A DNA stretch of 64,000 nt, taken from the NCBI RefSeq assembly GCF_017348835.2, contig NZ_CP071375.1. One strand, given 5' to 3'. The stretch comes from Escherichia coli. GTDB lineage: Bacteria > Pseudomonadota > Gammaproteobacteria > Enterobacterales > Enterobacteriaceae. The translations under genes were made by a program, and so were the position numbers. The notes under the pieces are model-generated. The model did no database searches. It was not told the DNA's origin and was given only the letters and a program-made list of their open reading frames with translations. This document shows positions 1 through 14,564 of the stretch, in pieces; position 1 is the first letter of the stretch; each line of letters begins with the position of its first letter.

Positions 1-2885
1 TCCAGCTGCACCCGCTGGTTTGTGCGGCATATAACGCCGACTTCGATGGTGACCAGATGGCTGTTCACGTACCGCTGACGCTGGAAGCCCAGCTGGAAGC
101 GCGTGCGCTGATGATGTCTACCAACAACATCCTGTCCCCGGCGAACGGCGAACCAATCATCGTTCCGTCTCAGGACGTTGTACTGGGTCTGTACTACATG
201 ACCCGTGACTGTGTTAACGCCAAAGGCGAAGGCATGGTGCTGACTGGCCCGAAAGAAGCAGAACGTCTGTATCGCTCTGGTCTGGCTTCTCTGCATGCGC
301 GCGTTAAAGTGCGTATCACCGAGTATGAAAAAGATGCTAACGGTGAATTAGTAGCGAAAACCAGCCTGAAAGACACGACCGTTGGCCGTGCCATTCTGTG
401 GATGATTGTACCGAAAGGTCTGCCTTACTCCATCGTCAACCAGGCGCTGGGTAAAAAAGCAATCTCCAAAATGCTGAACACCTGCTACCGCATTCTCGGT
501 CTGAAACCGACCGTTATTTTTGCGGACCAGATCATGTACACCGGCTTTGCATATGCAGCGCGTTCTGGTGCATCTGTTGGTATCGATGACATGGTCATCC
601 CGGAGAAGAAACACGAAATCATCTCCGAGGCAGAAGCAGAAGTTGCTGAAATTCAGGAGCAGTTCCAGTCTGGTCTGGTAACTGCGGGCGAACGCTACAA
701 CAAAGTTATCGATATCTGGGCTGCGGCGAACGATCGTGTATCCAAAGCGATGATGGATAACCTGCAAACTGAAACCGTTATTAACCGTGACGGTCAGGAA
801 GAGAAGCAGGTTTCCTTCAACAGCATCTACATGATGGCCGACTCCGGTGCGCGTGGTTCTGCGGCACAGATTCGTCAGCTTGCTGGTATGCGTGGTCTGA
901 TGGCGAAGCCGGATGGCTCCATCATCGAAACGCCAATCACCGCGAACTTCCGTGAAGGTCTGAACGTACTCCAGTACTTCATCTCCACCCACGGTGCTCG
1001 TAAAGGTCTGGCGGATACCGCACTGAAAACGGCGAACTCCGGTTACCTGACTCGTCGTCTGGTTGACGTGGCGCAGGACCTGGTGGTTACCGAAGACGAT
1101 TGTGGTACCCATGAAGGTATCATGATGACTCCGGTTATCGAGGGTGGTGACGTTAAAGAGCCGCTGCGCGATCGCGTACTGGGTCGTGTAACTGCTGAAG
1201 ACGTTCTGAAGCCGGGTACTGCTGATATCCTCGTTCCGCGCAACACGCTGCTGCACGAACAGTGGTGTGACCTGCTGGAAGAGAACTCTGTCGACGCGGT
1301 TAAAGTACGTTCTGTTGTATCTTGTGACACCGACTTTGGTGTATGTGCGCACTGCTACGGTCGTGACCTGGCGCGTGGCCACATCATCAACAAAGGTGAA
1401 GCAATCGGTGTTATCGCGGCACAGTCCATCGGTGAACCGGGTACACAGCTGACCATGCGTACGTTCCACATCGGTGGTGCGGCATCTCGTGCGGCTGCTG
1501 AATCCAGCATCCAGGTGAAAAACAAAGGTAGCATCAAGCTCAGCAACGTGAAGTCGGTTGTGAACTCCAGCGGTAAACTGGTTATCACTTCCCGTAACAC
1601 CGAACTGAAACTGATCGACGAATTCGGTCGTACCAAAGAAAGCTACAAAGTACCTTACGGTGCGGTACTGGCAAAAGGCGATGGCGAACAGGTTGCTGGC
1701 GGCGAAACCGTTGCAAACTGGGACCCGCACACCATGCCGGTTATCACCGAAGTAAGCGGTTTTGTACGCTTTACTGACATGATCGACGGCCAGACCATTA
1801 CTCGTCAGACCGACGAACTGACCGGTCTGTCTTCGCTGGTGGTTCTGGATTCCGCAGAACGTACCGCAGGTGGTAAAGATCTGCGTCCGGCACTGAAAAT
1901 CGTTGATGCTCAGGGTAACGACGTTCTGATCCCAGGTACCGATATGCCTGCGCAGTACTTCCTGCCGGGTAAAGCGATTGTTCAGCTGGAAGATGGCGTA
2001 CAGATCAGCTCTGGTGACACCCTGGCGCGTATTCCGCAGGAATCCGGCGGTACCAAGGACATCACCGGTGGTCTGCCGCGCGTTGCGGACCTGTTCGAAG
2101 CACGTCGTCCGAAAGAGCCGGCAATCCTGGCTGAAATCAGCGGTATCGTTTCCTTCGGTAAAGAAACCAAAGGTAAACGTCGTCTGGTTATCACCCCGGT
2201 AGACGGTAGCGATCCGTACGAAGAGATGATTCCGAAATGGCGTCAGCTCAACGTGTTCGAAGGTGAACGTGTAGAACGTGGTGACGTAATTTCCGACGGT
2301 CCGGAAGCGCCGCACGACATTCTGCGTCTGCGTGGTGTTCATGCTGTGACTCGTTACATCGTTAACGAAGTACAGGACGTATACCGTCTGCAGGGCGTTA
2401 AGATTAACGATAAACACATCGAAGTTATCGTTCGTCAGATGCTGCGTAAAGCTACCATCGTTAACGCGGGCAGCTCCGACTTCCTGGAAGGCGAACAGGT
2501 TGAATACTCTCGCGTCAAGATCGCAAACCGCGAACTGGAAGCGAACGGCAAAGTGGGTGCAACTTACTCCCGCGATCTGCTGGGTATCACCAAAGCGTCT
2601 CTGGCAACCGAGTCCTTCATCTCCGCGGCATCGTTCCAGGAGACCACTCGCGTGCTGACCGAAGCAGCCGTTGCGGGCAAACGCGACGAACTGCGCGGCC
2701 TGAAAGAGAACGTTATCGTGGGTCGTCTGATCCCGGCAGGTACCGGTTACGCGTACCACCAGGATCGTATGCGTCGCCGTGCTGCGGGTGAAGCTCCGGC
2801 TGCACCGCAGGTGACTGCAGAAGACGCATCTGCCAGCCTGGCAGAACTGCTGAACGCAGGTCTGGGCGGTTCTGATAACGAGTAA
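1..2885 (+). CDS. rpoC: DNA-directed RNA polymerase beta-prime subunit, C-terminal ~960 codons; 5' end lies outside the window
   Basis: Frame is open from position 3 and reads [22 protein letters not shown], containing the catalytic NADFDGD motif, then continues through the 942-aa ORF ending 2885. Confidence 0.97.
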
Positions 2886-2906
2886 TCGTTAATCCGCAAA
2901 TAACGT

Positions 2907-2933
2907 AAAAACCCGCTTCGGCGGGTTTTTTTA
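2907..2933 (+). terminator. Rho-independent terminator downstream of rpoC
   Basis: GC hairpin aaaacccgc-ttcg-gcgggt followed by a run of T. Confidence 0.85.
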
Positions 2934-3097
2934 TGGGGGGAGTTTAGGGAAAGAGCATTTGTCAGAATATTTAAGGAATTTCTGAATACTCATAATCAAT
3001 GTAGAGATGACTAATATCCTGAAACTGACTGAACTAATTGAGTCAAACTCGGCAAGGATTCGATACTATTCCTGTGTAACTTTCTTAAGGAACGAGA

Positions 3098-3627
3098 ATG
3101 AAACAGGAAGTGGAAAAGTGGCGACCTTTTGGACATCCGGATGGTGATATTCGTGATTTATCATTTCTTGATGCTCATCAGGCTGTCTACGTTCAGCATC
3201 ATGAGGGCTAGAGTATCGCTTTTGGGTTACCTACTCTCTTCACTGCTTCACAAAAGATTATGAACATCAGACGAACGAAGAAAAACAATCGTTAATGTAC
3301 CACGCGCCTAAAGAATCTCGTCCCTTCTGCCAGCACCGTTATAACTTAGCGCGCACACACTTAAAAAGAACCATTTTGGCGCTGCCAGAAAGCAATGTTA
3401 TTCATGCCGGGTATGGTAGCTATGCCGTGATTGAGGTGGACTTAGACGGAGGAGACAAGGCATTTTACTTTGTTGCGTTCAGGGCTTTCAGGGAAAAGAA
3501 AAAACTCCGTTTGCATGTAACTAGCGCTTACCCCATTTCTGAAAAACAGAAAGGTAAATCAGTGAAATTTTTCACCATTGCCTACAATTTATTGAGAAAT
3601 AAGCAGCTTCCTCAGCCCTCAAAATAA
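3098..3627 (+). pseudogene. yjaZ: yjaZ/htrC-like heat-shock protein gene disrupted by a 1-nt frameshift
   Basis: ATG 3098 with AAGGA RBS opens a frame that stops at TAG 3209-3211 after 37 codons. The frame one base over is open from 3205 to stop 3628-3630 (141 codons). Joined length ~177 aa matches the ~179 aa recalled for HtrC. The break sits at a GGG run. Confidence 0.6.
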
Positions 3628-3629
3628 CA

Positions 3630-3651
3630 AAACCCACCTTAAGGTGGGTTT
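3630..3651 (+). terminator. Hairpin downstream of yjaZ, possible terminator
   Basis: aaacccacc-ttaa-ggtgggttt inverted repeat; the T-run is short. Confidence 0.45.
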
Positions 3652-4036
3652 CGCCAGAGATAATTCTCTGGTATTCAGAACGCCATTACCGGACTTTGCC
3701 TTGACCTTGCGAGAATCGCAGGTTGCGGGATGTCTGAATTTCTTCAGTCTGCTGCATCCTGGAAGATGAGAACATGTGTTCTTATTTTCGTCTCTATCAT
3801 AGTTGAGTATTTACTCTCTTACAATCAGATCTCTTTCATTGCTCAACAGGCGATGGCTTCAGACTTTGCATTACGGAATTTTTAAGAAAGGCAGGGCGAA
3901 ACGAGGAAGAAGCTTTTCGCCCTGGACAACATTCCTGCTGACGGCACTACCATAAAAAAACACAACGCTTTCAACAACCTTGCGTTTTTCATCTTCCGTA
4001 GCGGCTCGGAATAAATTTACGTTCTTACATTCCGTC

Positions 4037-5170
4037 TCATAGTCTTTGCGAGGCGCGTCCCAGATAGCTGTCCCAGTCTTTCCATACCGGCTGCAAACCC
4101 TGAGCGGTTAACGCGGCAGCAACCGCTTCCGGTCTGCGATCGTCGTGCGGTGAGAACTGTTCCAGCTCGGGGTGATTGTCGGCATAGCCACCTGGCTGCG
4201 TTTTCGAAAAAGCGCTGACGTTATTAATTGCCAGCGGAATAACGCGATCGCGAAACCACGGTGATTCCCGCGTGGAGAGTGACAGTTCAATCTCCGGTGC
4301 AAGCAGTCGGAAGGCGCAGATGGTTTGCACTAACTGGCGTTCATCCATAATCGACGCAGGCTCAATGCCGCCAGTACACGGGCGCAGGCGCGGAAAGGAG
4401 ACAGAGTAACGGCTTTGCCAGTAATGCTGTTGCAGCCATAGCAAATGTTCGGCAACCATATAGCAGTCAACGCGCCAGTTGTCGGAAAGGCCAATTAGCG
4501 CGCCGAGGCCTATCTTATCAATCCCCGCACGCCCCAGCCGATCCGGCGTTTCCAGCCGCCAGAAGAAGTCCTGTTTTTTGCCTTTCAGATGATGGCGGGC
4601 ATAAGTCGCCTCGTGATATGTCTCCTGATAAACCATCACGCCATCCAGACCAAGCTGCTTTAACTCGGCGTATTCCGCCTCCGCGAGCGGTTGCACTTCT
4701 ATCTGTAGTGAAGAGAACTGTTCACGCAGGGCAGGGAGATGACGACGAAAGTAATCCATCCCCACTTTCGCCTGATGTTCACCAGTGACTAATAGCAGAT
4801 GTTCAAAGCCCATCTCCCGTATAGCGGCGCTTTCCTTGGCAATATCCGCTTCATCCAGCGTTTTGCGCTTGATGCGATTACTCATGGAAAATCCGCAGTA
4901 CGTGCAGTCGTTAGCGCAAAGATTGGAAAGATAAAGCGGGACGTAGAAACTAACTGTGTTGCCAAATCGCTGACGGGTCAGACGCTGCGCCCGTTGGGCC
5001 AGTTGTTCCAGATAGCCACTGGCGGCTGGCGATAACAGCGCCATCATATCGTCGCGGGTGAATTGCGAGGCATTTAGCGCCCGCTCTACGTCAACAGCCG
5101 TTTTGCCGTTGATACGCAGGCGGATGTCATCCCAGTCCAGTTGTCGCCAGCGATCGCTGAAGGTTTTCAT
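4037..5170 (-). CDS. thiH: Thiazole biosynthesis radical-SAM enzyme (2-iminoacetate synthase)
   Basis: 377-aa ORF with CxxxCxxC radical-SAM motif ([10 protein letters not shown]); position in the thiCEFSGH cluster. Confidence 0.93.
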
Positions 5171-5937
5171 GCCGATGCCTCCAGAAATCCAGTCAGCGGG
5201 CTGGTGGCATGAGCAAAATGACTGCGGCTGCCCGGTCCGGACTGACGTGCCAGCAGGCCTGCTTCTACCGCCAGACGAAATGCCTTCGCCATGTTGACGG
5301 GATCGTCCGCGACGGCAATCGCCGTATTCACTAACACCGCGTCGGCCCCCATTTCCAGCGCCTGCGCGGCATGGCTGGGAACGCCGATGCCAGCATCGAC
5401 AACCACCGGAACTGTGGCCTGCTGGATAATAATCTCCAGCATGGCACGGGTTTCCAGTCCCTGATTCGAGCCAATCGGCGCGCCGAGCGGCATCACCGCT
5501 GCACAGCCGACTTCTTCCAGACGTTTACACAATACCGGATCGGCCCCGCAGTAAGGCAGCACGACAAATCCCTGTTGTACCAGCGTTTCGGCGGCTTTCA
5601 GGGTTTCGATGGGATCGGGCAACAGCCAGCGGGCGTCAGGGTGAATCTCCAATTTTAGCCAGTTTGTGCCTAACGCTTCACGTGCCAGATGGGCGGCGAA
5701 AATGGCTTCTTCCGCTGTTTTCGCCCCGGAAGTATTCGGCAGCAGGGTCACACCCGCCGCGATAAGCGGTTCGAGGATAGCGTCGTTGTGCTGGCGCAAG
5801 TCGACACGTTTCATCGCCAGTGTCACCAGCTGGCTGCCGGAAGCGCGAATCGCCTCCACCATCAGTTGTGAAGAAGCGAATTTCCCGGTGCCGGTAAACA
5901 GATGTGAATCAAACGTTTTGTCCGCAATACGTAACAT
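5167..5937 (-). CDS. thiG: Thiazole synthase
   Basis: Start taken at MLRIADKTF inside the longer ORF, giving 256 aa; overlaps thiH start by 4 nt. Confidence 0.92.
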
Positions 5938-5938
5938 C

Positions 5939-6139
5939 TCAACCCCCTGCAATAACCTGAAAAAGCAGGATCTGGTCGCCATCCTGCACGATATGTTGCA
6001 TCCACTGCTCACGCGGGACGATTTGATGATTAATCGCCAGAGCCGCGCCCGCTTGTCGTTGGTCGAGTTGCTCCAGTAGTTCGTGAACAGTTTGCCCGGC
6101 GCCGCACTGCATCGGTTGATCGTTAAACAGGATCTGCAT
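5939..6139 (-). CDS. thiS: Sulfur-carrier protein ThiS
   Basis: 66-aa product MQILFNDQ...VIAGG with C-terminal GG, typical of ThiS. Confidence 0.9.
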
Positions 6140-6870
6140 TGCTTCCTCCGCATACCGGGCAACCACTGGCGCGGCGCAACGCCAGGCTGCGCCACTGGCT
6201 CGACTTACCGTCGAACAGTCGGAGTTCTCCCGCAGGCGTCTCTATACCGCTTAATAACTTAATGGCTTCCAGTGCCTGCAAAGTGCCCATAACCCCGACC
6301 ACCGGGCCAACCACGCCCGCCGTGCGGCAGTTGCGTTCTGGCTCCTGGTTATCTGGCCACAGGCAGCGGTAACACCCCTGCTCCCAGGGCGGCGTCAGTA
6401 CCATCAACTGACCGCCAAATCCGACCGCGCTGGCGGTGATAAGCGGCGTGTTGAGTGCCACGCAGGCGGCATTAATCTCCTGGCGAGTCGCCATATTGTC
6501 GGTACAGTCGAGCACCACATCGGCTTGTGCAACCGCATCTTTTAACGCCTCACCCGTTAACCGTTGTTGTAATGCTGTCAGTTGAATATCGGGATTCAAC
6601 TGTGTCAGTCGCTGATGGCTGACCTGCGATTTCGGGCGATCGATATCTTCAGTGGTAAAGAGGATTTGTCGTTGCAGATTGCTTAAATGCACATCGTCGT
6701 CATCTGCCAGTACCAGCGTCCCGACGCCAGCGCCCGCCAGGTATAGCGCAGCAGGTGTACCCAGCCCGCCAAGACCGATAATCAGCACCTGGCTGTCGAG
6801 CAGTTTTTGCTGCCCGTCAAGAGCGATATCGTCGAGCAGGATTTGGCGGCTATAACGCATAAAGTCACGG

Positions 6871-6878
<8 letters not shown>
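6123..6878 (-). CDS. thiF: ThiS adenylyltransferase (E1-like)
   Basis: 251 aa from [12 protein letters not shown]; GxGxxG nucleotide-binding motif ([10 protein letters not shown]) and CxxC pairs. Confidence 0.92.
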
Positions 6879-9404
<2,526 letters not shown>

Positions 9405-9444
9405 TCATTCCAAAAAGTTAAGGACGTGGCTTGTCAGACGACGG

Positions 9445-9580
9445 ATGAAGCAAGAGACGATCGCCGCAAAGGCGATGCGATAGCAGATTAACTCTTGTTC
9501 CCTTCGCAGGTATTAGCCTGATCAGGTTCCGCGGATCCCGAATAAACGGTCTCAGCCAGTTAAGGCACTCCGACAAGAAA
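9445..9580 (-). promoter_or_regulatory. TPP riboswitch (THI element) in the thiC leader
   Basis: Minus-strand leader contains CTGAGA followed by AACCTGATCAGGCTAATACCTGCGAAGGGAA, the conserved THI-box core; boundaries approximate. Confidence 0.7.
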
Positions 9581-9633
9581 TTAGCCCCACAAACGGGGCG
9601 TTGAATGTAAATTACGCGTTAACAGCGCAGAAC

Positions 9634-10110
9634 TCAAGCAGGATGTTTGACGCGGGCGGCGTCAAGCACCAGCAGAATCAGCTTATCTTCCAGCACAAAG
9701 CGCGCTTCCAGCGCCTCGCCGATGTCAGATAAAACCTGTTGAAACTCAAGGTAATTATCATGATCGATAGCGGTTTCCAGGCTGGAATCGTAGTAATCCA
9801 TAATCTGTTGGGTATTGGCTTCGAGTTGCGGCCAAATCTTCGCGGCGCGCGCGAGTTGCCCGTTGCCTTCCAGCTTATGAAGAATGCGCTCATAAATACT
9901 GAAATGTCCGGCAGACAAGTAATCGACCAGGCTCTGACAAAAATCATCAAGGGCTTTTTCGTTTAGCCTCATGTACGATTCTTTGCCAGGCTTAATGCCA
10001 ACCAGATTGTAGTAAGCCACGAGCAGATGCTTACGTACATGTAGCCAGCGATCAACCAGTTTGTTACTTCCTCTGACGCGCTCCGTCAGGTTATCGAGCT
10101 GGTTAAGCAT
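9634..10110 (-). CDS. rsd: Regulator of sigma-70 (anti-sigma D)
   Basis: 158-aa ORF MLNQLDNLTERVRGSNKLVDRWLHVRKHLL; position between thiC and nudC. Confidence 0.9.
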   Translation of the reverse strand: MLNQLDNLTERVRGSNKLVDRWLHVRKHLLVAYYNLVGIKPGKESYMRLNEKALDDFCQSLVDYLSAGHFSIYERILHKLEGNGQLARAAKIWPQLEANTQQIMDYYDSSLETAIDHDNYLEFQQVLSDIGEALEARFVLEDKLILLVLDAARVKHPA

Positions 10111-10204
10111 GATTGACTCCGCAAGTTTGTATTCAAAAACTGCTCAGTGAGAAATGTAAAAACCATGTTAAACATGCCAGTGATGCAAAGGTAGTGCAAG
10201 AGCT

Positions 10205-10978
10205 ATGGATCGTATAATTGAAAAATTAGATCACGGCTGGTGGGTCGTCAGCCATGAACAAAAATTATGGTTGCCGAAGGGAGAATTGCCATATGGCGAA
10301 GCGGCAAATTTCGATCTTGTGGGTCAGCGCGCACTACAAATCGGCGAATGGCAGGGGGAACCTGTTTGGTTAATACAACAGCAGCGGCGTCACGATATGG
10401 GGTCGGTACGTCAGGTCATTGATCTCGATGTTGGGCTGTTTCAACTGGCCGGACGTGGCGTGCAACTGGCGGAGTTTTACCGATCGCATAAATACTGTGG
10501 TTACTGCGGGCATGAAATGTATCCAAGCAAAACCGAATGGGCGATGCTGTGCAGCCATTGCCGTGAGCGTTACTACCCGCAAATCGCCCCCTGCATTATT
10601 GTTGCCATCCGTCGCGATGATTCGATCCTCCTCGCCCAGCATACCCGCCATCGTAACGGTGTCCATACGGTACTTGCCGGATTCGTCGAAGTGGGCGAAA
10701 CCCTCGAGCAGGCGGTCGCGCGGGAAGTGATGGAAGAGAGCGGAATTAAAGTTAAAAACTTGCGTTATGTGACTTCCCAGCCGTGGCCGTTTCCTCAGTC
10801 TTTAATGACCGCGTTTATGGCGGAATATGACAGCGGCGACATCGTGATCGACCCGAAAGAATTGCTCGAGGCGAACTGGTATCGCTATGACGATTTGCCG
10901 TTACTCCCGCCGCCCGGCACCGTGGCGCGCCGTCTGATAGAAGATACGGTGGCGCTGTGTCGGGCAGAGTACGAGTGA
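10205..10978 (+). CDS. nudC: NADH pyrophosphatase (Nudix hydrolase)
   Basis: 257-aa ORF with Cys4 zinc motif (CGYCG...CSHC) and Nudix box ([11 protein letters not shown]). Confidence 0.93.
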   Translation: MDRIIEKLDHGWWVVSHEQKLWLPKGELPYGEAANFDLVGQRALQIGEWQGEPVWLIQQQRRHDMGSVRQVIDLDVGLFQLAGRGVQLAEFYRSHKYCGYCGHEMYPSKTEWAMLCSHCRERYYPQIAPCIIVAIRRDDSILLAQHTRHRNGVHTVLAGFVEVGETLEQAVAREVMEESGIKVKNLRYVTSQPWPFPQSLMTAFMAEYDSGDIVIDPKELLEANWYRYDDLPLLPPPGTVARRLIEDTVALCRAEYE

Positions 10979-11017
10979 TGATACACTGACCGCCTGACGC
11001 ACTAAGGAACAGCCAAA

Positions 11018-12082
11018 ATGACCGAACTTAAAAACGATCGTTATCTGCGGGCGCTGCTGCGCCAGCCCGTTGATGTCACTCCAGTATGGATGATGCGCCA
11101 GGCGGGTCGCTATCTACCGGAATATAAAGCCACGCGCGCCCAGGCGGGCGATTTTATGTCGCTGTGCAAAAACGCCGAGCTGGCGTGCGAAGTGACTTTG
11201 CAACCGCTGCGTCGCTACCCGCTGGATGCGGCGATCCTCTTTTCCGATATCCTCACCGTGCCGGACGCGATGGGGTTAGGGCTCTATTTTGAAGCCGGAG
11301 AAGGTCCGCGTTTTACCTCGCCAGTCACCTGCAAAGCCGACGTCGATAAACTGCCAATTCCGGACCCGGAAGATGAGCTGGGTTACGTGATGAGCGCGGT
11401 GCGTACCATTCGCCGCGAACTGAAAGGCGACGTTCCGCTGATTGGTTTTTCCGGCAGCCCGTGGACGCTGGCGACCTACATGGTGGAAGGCGGTAGCAGC
11501 AAAGCGTTCACCGTGATCAAAAAAATGATGTATGCCGATCCGCAGGCGCTGCACGCGCTACTCGATAAACTGGCGAAAAGCGTCACCCTATACCTGAACG
11601 CGCAGATTAAAGCCGGTGCTCAGGCAGTGATGATTTTCGACACCTGGGGCGGTGTGCTTACCGGGCGCGATTATCAACAGTTCTCGCTCTATTACATGCA
11701 TAAAATTGTTGATGGTTTACTGCGTGAAAACGACGGTCGCCGCGTACCGGTCACGCTGTTTACCAAAGGCGGCGGACAGTGGCTGGAAGCCATGGCAGAA
11801 ACCGGTTGCGATGCGCTGGGCCTCGACTGGACAACGGACATCGCCGATGCGCGCCGCCGTGTGGGCAATAAAGTCGCGTTGCAGGGTAATATGGATCCGT
11901 CGATGCTGTACGCGCCGCCTGCCCGCATTGAAGAAGAAGTAGCGACTATACTTGCAGGTTTCGGTCACGGCGAAGGTCATGTCTTTAACCTTGGTCACGG
12001 CATTCATCAGGATGTGCCGCCAGAACATGCTGGCGTGTTCGTGGAGGCAGTGCATCGATTGTCTGAACAGTATCACCGCTAA
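11018..12082 (+). CDS. hemE: Uroporphyrinogen decarboxylase
   Basis: 354-aa ORF; N-terminal [27 protein letters not shown] signature. Confidence 0.95.
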   Translation: MTELKNDRYLRALLRQPVDVTPVWMMRQAGRYLPEYKATRAQAGDFMSLCKNAELACEVTLQPLRRYPLDAAILFSDILTVPDAMGLGLYFEAGEGPRFTSPVTCKADVDKLPIPDPEDELGYVMSAVRTIRRELKGDVPLIGFSGSPWTLATYMVEGGSSKAFTVIKKMMYADPQALHALLDKLAKSVTLYLNAQIKAGAQAVMIFDTWGGVLTGRDYQQFSLYYMHKIVDGLLRENDGRRVPVTLFTKGGGQWLEAMAETGCDALGLDWTTDIADARRRVGNKVALQGNMDPSMLYAPPARIEEEVATILAGFGHGEGHVFNLGHGIHQDVPPEHAGVFVEAVHRLSEQYHR

Positions 12083-12091
12083 GGAGCGATT

Positions 12092-12763
12092 ATGGATCTC
12101 GCGTCATTACGCGCTCAACAAATCGAACTGGCTTCTTCTGTGATCCGCGAGGATCGACTCGATAAGGATCCGCCGGATCTGATCGCCGGAGCCGATGTCG
12201 GGTTTGAGCAGGGCGGAGAAGTGACGCGAGCGGCGATGGTGCTGTTGAAACACCCCTCGCTTGAGCTGGTGGAGTATAAAGTGGCCCGCATCGCCACCAC
12301 CATGCCTTACATTCCAGGTTTTCTTTCCTTCCGCGAATATCCTGCGCTGCTGGCAGCGTGGGAGATGCTGTCACAAAAGCCGGATTTAGTGTTTGTCGAT
12401 GGTCATGGGATCTCGCATCCTCGCCGTCTTGGCGTCGCCAGCCATTTTGGTTTGCTGGTGGATGTGCCGACCATTGGCGTAGCGAAAAAACGACTATGCG
12501 GTAAATTCGAACCGCTCTCCAGCGAACCGGGCGCGCTGGCCCCACTGATGGATAAAGGCGAGCAGCTGGCCTGGGTCTGGCGCAGCAAAGCGCGCTGTAA
12601 CCCGTTGTTTATCGCTACCGGCCATCGGGTCAGCGTGGACAGCGCGCTGGCGTGGGTACAACGCTGCATGAAAGGCTATCGTCTGCCGGAGCCAACGCGC
12701 TGGGCGGACGCGGTGGCCTCGGAACGTCCGGCGTTCGTGCGCTATACAGCAAATCAGCCCTAA
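12092..12763 (+). CDS. nfi: Endonuclease V
   Basis: 223-aa ORF 9 nt after hemE; conserved synteny. Confidence 0.93.
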   Translation: MDLASLRAQQIELASSVIREDRLDKDPPDLIAGADVGFEQGGEVTRAAMVLLKHPSLELVEYKVARIATTMPYIPGFLSFREYPALLAAWEMLSQKPDLVFVDGHGISHPRRLGVASHFGLLVDVPTIGVAKKRLCGKFEPLSSEPGALAPLMDKGEQLAWVWRSKARCNPLFIATGHRVSVDSALAWVQRCMKGYRLPEPTRWADAVASERPAFVRYTANQP

Positions 12764-12805
12764 TTCAGGTAAACTGCGGATAATTTCCGTATTTGAGAAC
12801 TCAAC

Positions 12806-13396
12806 ATGTTACAAAACCCAATTCATCTGCGTCTGGAGCGCCTGGAAAGCTGGCAGCATGTCACTTTCATGGCTTGCTTATGCGAACGCATGTACCCCAA
12901 TTACGCCATGTTCTGCCAGCAAACCGGTTTTGGTGATGGGCAAATTTACCGTCGTATTCTCGATCTCATCTGGGAAACGCTGACCGTTAAAGACGCAAAA
13001 GTAAATTTCGACAGCCAACTGGAGAAATTTGAAGAAGCGATTCCTTCAGCCGACGATTTCGATCTGTACGGCGTTTATCCGGCAATCGATGCCTGCGTGG
13101 CGTTAAGTGAACTGGTCCATTCGCGTTTGAGTGGTGAAACGCTCGAACACGCGGTGGAAGTGAGTAAGACCTCCATCACGACCGTTGCGATGCTGGAAAT
13201 GACTCAGGCTGGTCGCGAAATGAGCGATGAAGAGCTCAAAGAAAACCCAGCTGTAGAGCAAGAATGGGACATTCAGTGGGAAATATTCCGACTTTTAGCT
13301 GAGTGCGAAGAACGTGATATCGAGCTGATAAAAGGCCTTAGGGCAGACCTGCGTGAGGCGGGTGAGAGCAATATTGGTATAATTTTTCAGCAATAA
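12806..13396 (+). CDS. yjaG: DUF416-family protein
   Basis: 196-aa ORF at the conserved position between nfi and hupA. Confidence 0.85.
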   Translation: MLQNPIHLRLERLESWQHVTFMACLCERMYPNYAMFCQQTGFGDGQIYRRILDLIWETLTVKDAKVNFDSQLEKFEEAIPSADDFDLYGVYPAIDACVALSELVHSRLSGETLEHAVEVSKTSITTVAMLEMTQAGREMSDEELKENPAVEQEWDIQWEIFRLLAECEERDIELIKGLRADLREAGESNIGIIFQQ

Positions 13397-13582
13397 GACC
13401 AGAAAACGTGATTTAACGCCTGATTTGTCGTACCTGGAGTCTTCCCTTTCGCCCCCCGTCTGGTCTACATTTGGGGGGCGAAAAAAAGTGGCTATCGGTG
13501 CGTGTATGCAGGAGAGTGCTATTCTGGCATTTCCGTCGCACTCGATGCTTAGCAAGCGATAAACACATTGTAAGGATAACTT

Positions 13583-13855
13583 ATGAACAAGACTCAACTG
13601 ATTGATGTAATTGCAGAGAAAGCAGAACTGTCCAAAACCCAGGCTAAAGCTGCTCTGGAGTCCACTCTGGCTGCAATTACTGAGTCTCTGAAAGAAGGCG
13701 ATGCTGTACAACTGGTTGGTTTCGGTACCTTCAAAGTGAACCACCGCGCTGAGCGTACTGGCCGCAACCCGCAGACCGGTAAAGAAATCAAAATTGCCGC
13801 AGCTAACGTACCGGCATTTGTTTCTGGCAAGGCACTGAAAGACGCAGTTAAGTAA
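13583..13855 (+). CDS. hupA: Nucleoid protein HU alpha subunit
   Basis: 90-aa [29 protein letters not shown]...; strong RBS. Confidence 0.97.
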
Positions 13856-13861
13856 GATTGC

Positions 13862-14563
13862 GTGGCAGTGAACAGTTTTAACGAAGGGGTGGTTTCACCC
13901 CTTTTGTCTTTCTGGCGTCGATCATTGATGCTGGCCGGCGCTCTGTTTCTCACTGCCTGTAGTCACAACTCTTCACTTCCTCCCTTTACCGCCAGTGGAT
14001 TTGCTGAAGACCAGGGCGCAGTACGTATCTGGCGAAAAGACAGCGGCGATAATGTGCATCTGCTTGCCGTGTTTAGCCCGTGGCGCAGTGGCGATACCAC
14101 GACGCGAGAGTATCGCTGGCAGGGCGATAACCTCACGCTCATCAATATCAATGTTTACAGCAAACCGCCGGTGAACATTCGCGCGCGTTTTGACGATCGC
14201 GGCGATCTGAGCTTTATGCAACGTGAATCCGATGGGGAAAAGCAGCAGCTTTCTAACGATCAAATCGATTTATACCGTTATCGTGCTGATCAGATCCGCC
14301 AGATTAGCGATGCCTTACGTCAGGGGAGAGTCGTGCTGCGCCAGGGGCGCTGGCATGCGATGGAACAGACCGTGACCACCTGCGAAGGGCAAACCATTAA
14401 ACCTGATTTAGATTCGCAGGCGATAGCGCATATCGAGCGCCGCCAGAGCCGCTCTTCTGTTGATGTCAGCGTGGCATGGCTGGAAGCGCCCGAAGGTTCG
14501 CAATTACTGTTGGTGGCAAACTCTGATTTCTGTCGCTGGCAACCCAACGAGAAAACGTTCTGA
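13862..14563 (+). CDS. yjaH: Putative lipoprotein (DUF1481-type); start codon uncertain
   Basis: ORF open from 13862, but the hupA terminator lies inside it. The internal ATG at 13928 precedes a lipobox-like LMLAGALFLTAC, so the real start may be 13928. Confidence 0.8.
   Translation: MAVNSFNEGVVSPLLSFWRRSLMLAGALFLTACSHNSSLPPFTASGFAEDQGAVRIWRKDSGDNVHLLAVFSPWRSGDTTTREYRWQGDNLTLININVYSKPPVNIRARFDDRGDLSFMQRESDGEKQQLSNDQIDLYRYRADQIRQISDALRQGRVVLRQGRWHAMEQTVTTCEGQTIKPDLDSQAIAHIERRQSRSSVDVSVAWLEAPEGSQLLLVANSDFCRWQPNEKTF
13885..13906 (+). terminator. Rho-independent terminator after hupA
   Basis: aggggtg-gtttc-cacccct hairpin followed by TTTT. Confidence 0.8.
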
Positions 14564-14564
14564 T

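Noticed and set aside
348-2759. 803-aa ORF on the minus strand antisense to rpoC, plus many other 60-300-aa antisense or out-of-frame ORFs inside metH, thiC, purH, zraR, aceK and others
   Set aside because: They lie wholly inside well-supported genes on the opposite strand or another frame, lack RBS and recognisable motifs, and are expected by chance in GC-rich coding DNA.
3295-3627. 110-aa ORF called as an independent gene
   Set aside because: Its frame is open further upstream to 3205 and joins the 37-codon ORF starting at 3098 across a 1-nt shift; it is the 3' part of disrupted yjaZ.
3880-3925. Hairpin CAGGGCGAAA...TTTCGCCCTG downstream of thiH as a thi operon terminator
   Set aside because: The stem is good but the loop is long (13 nt) and the U-tract on the thiH strand is interrupted; not confident enough to list.
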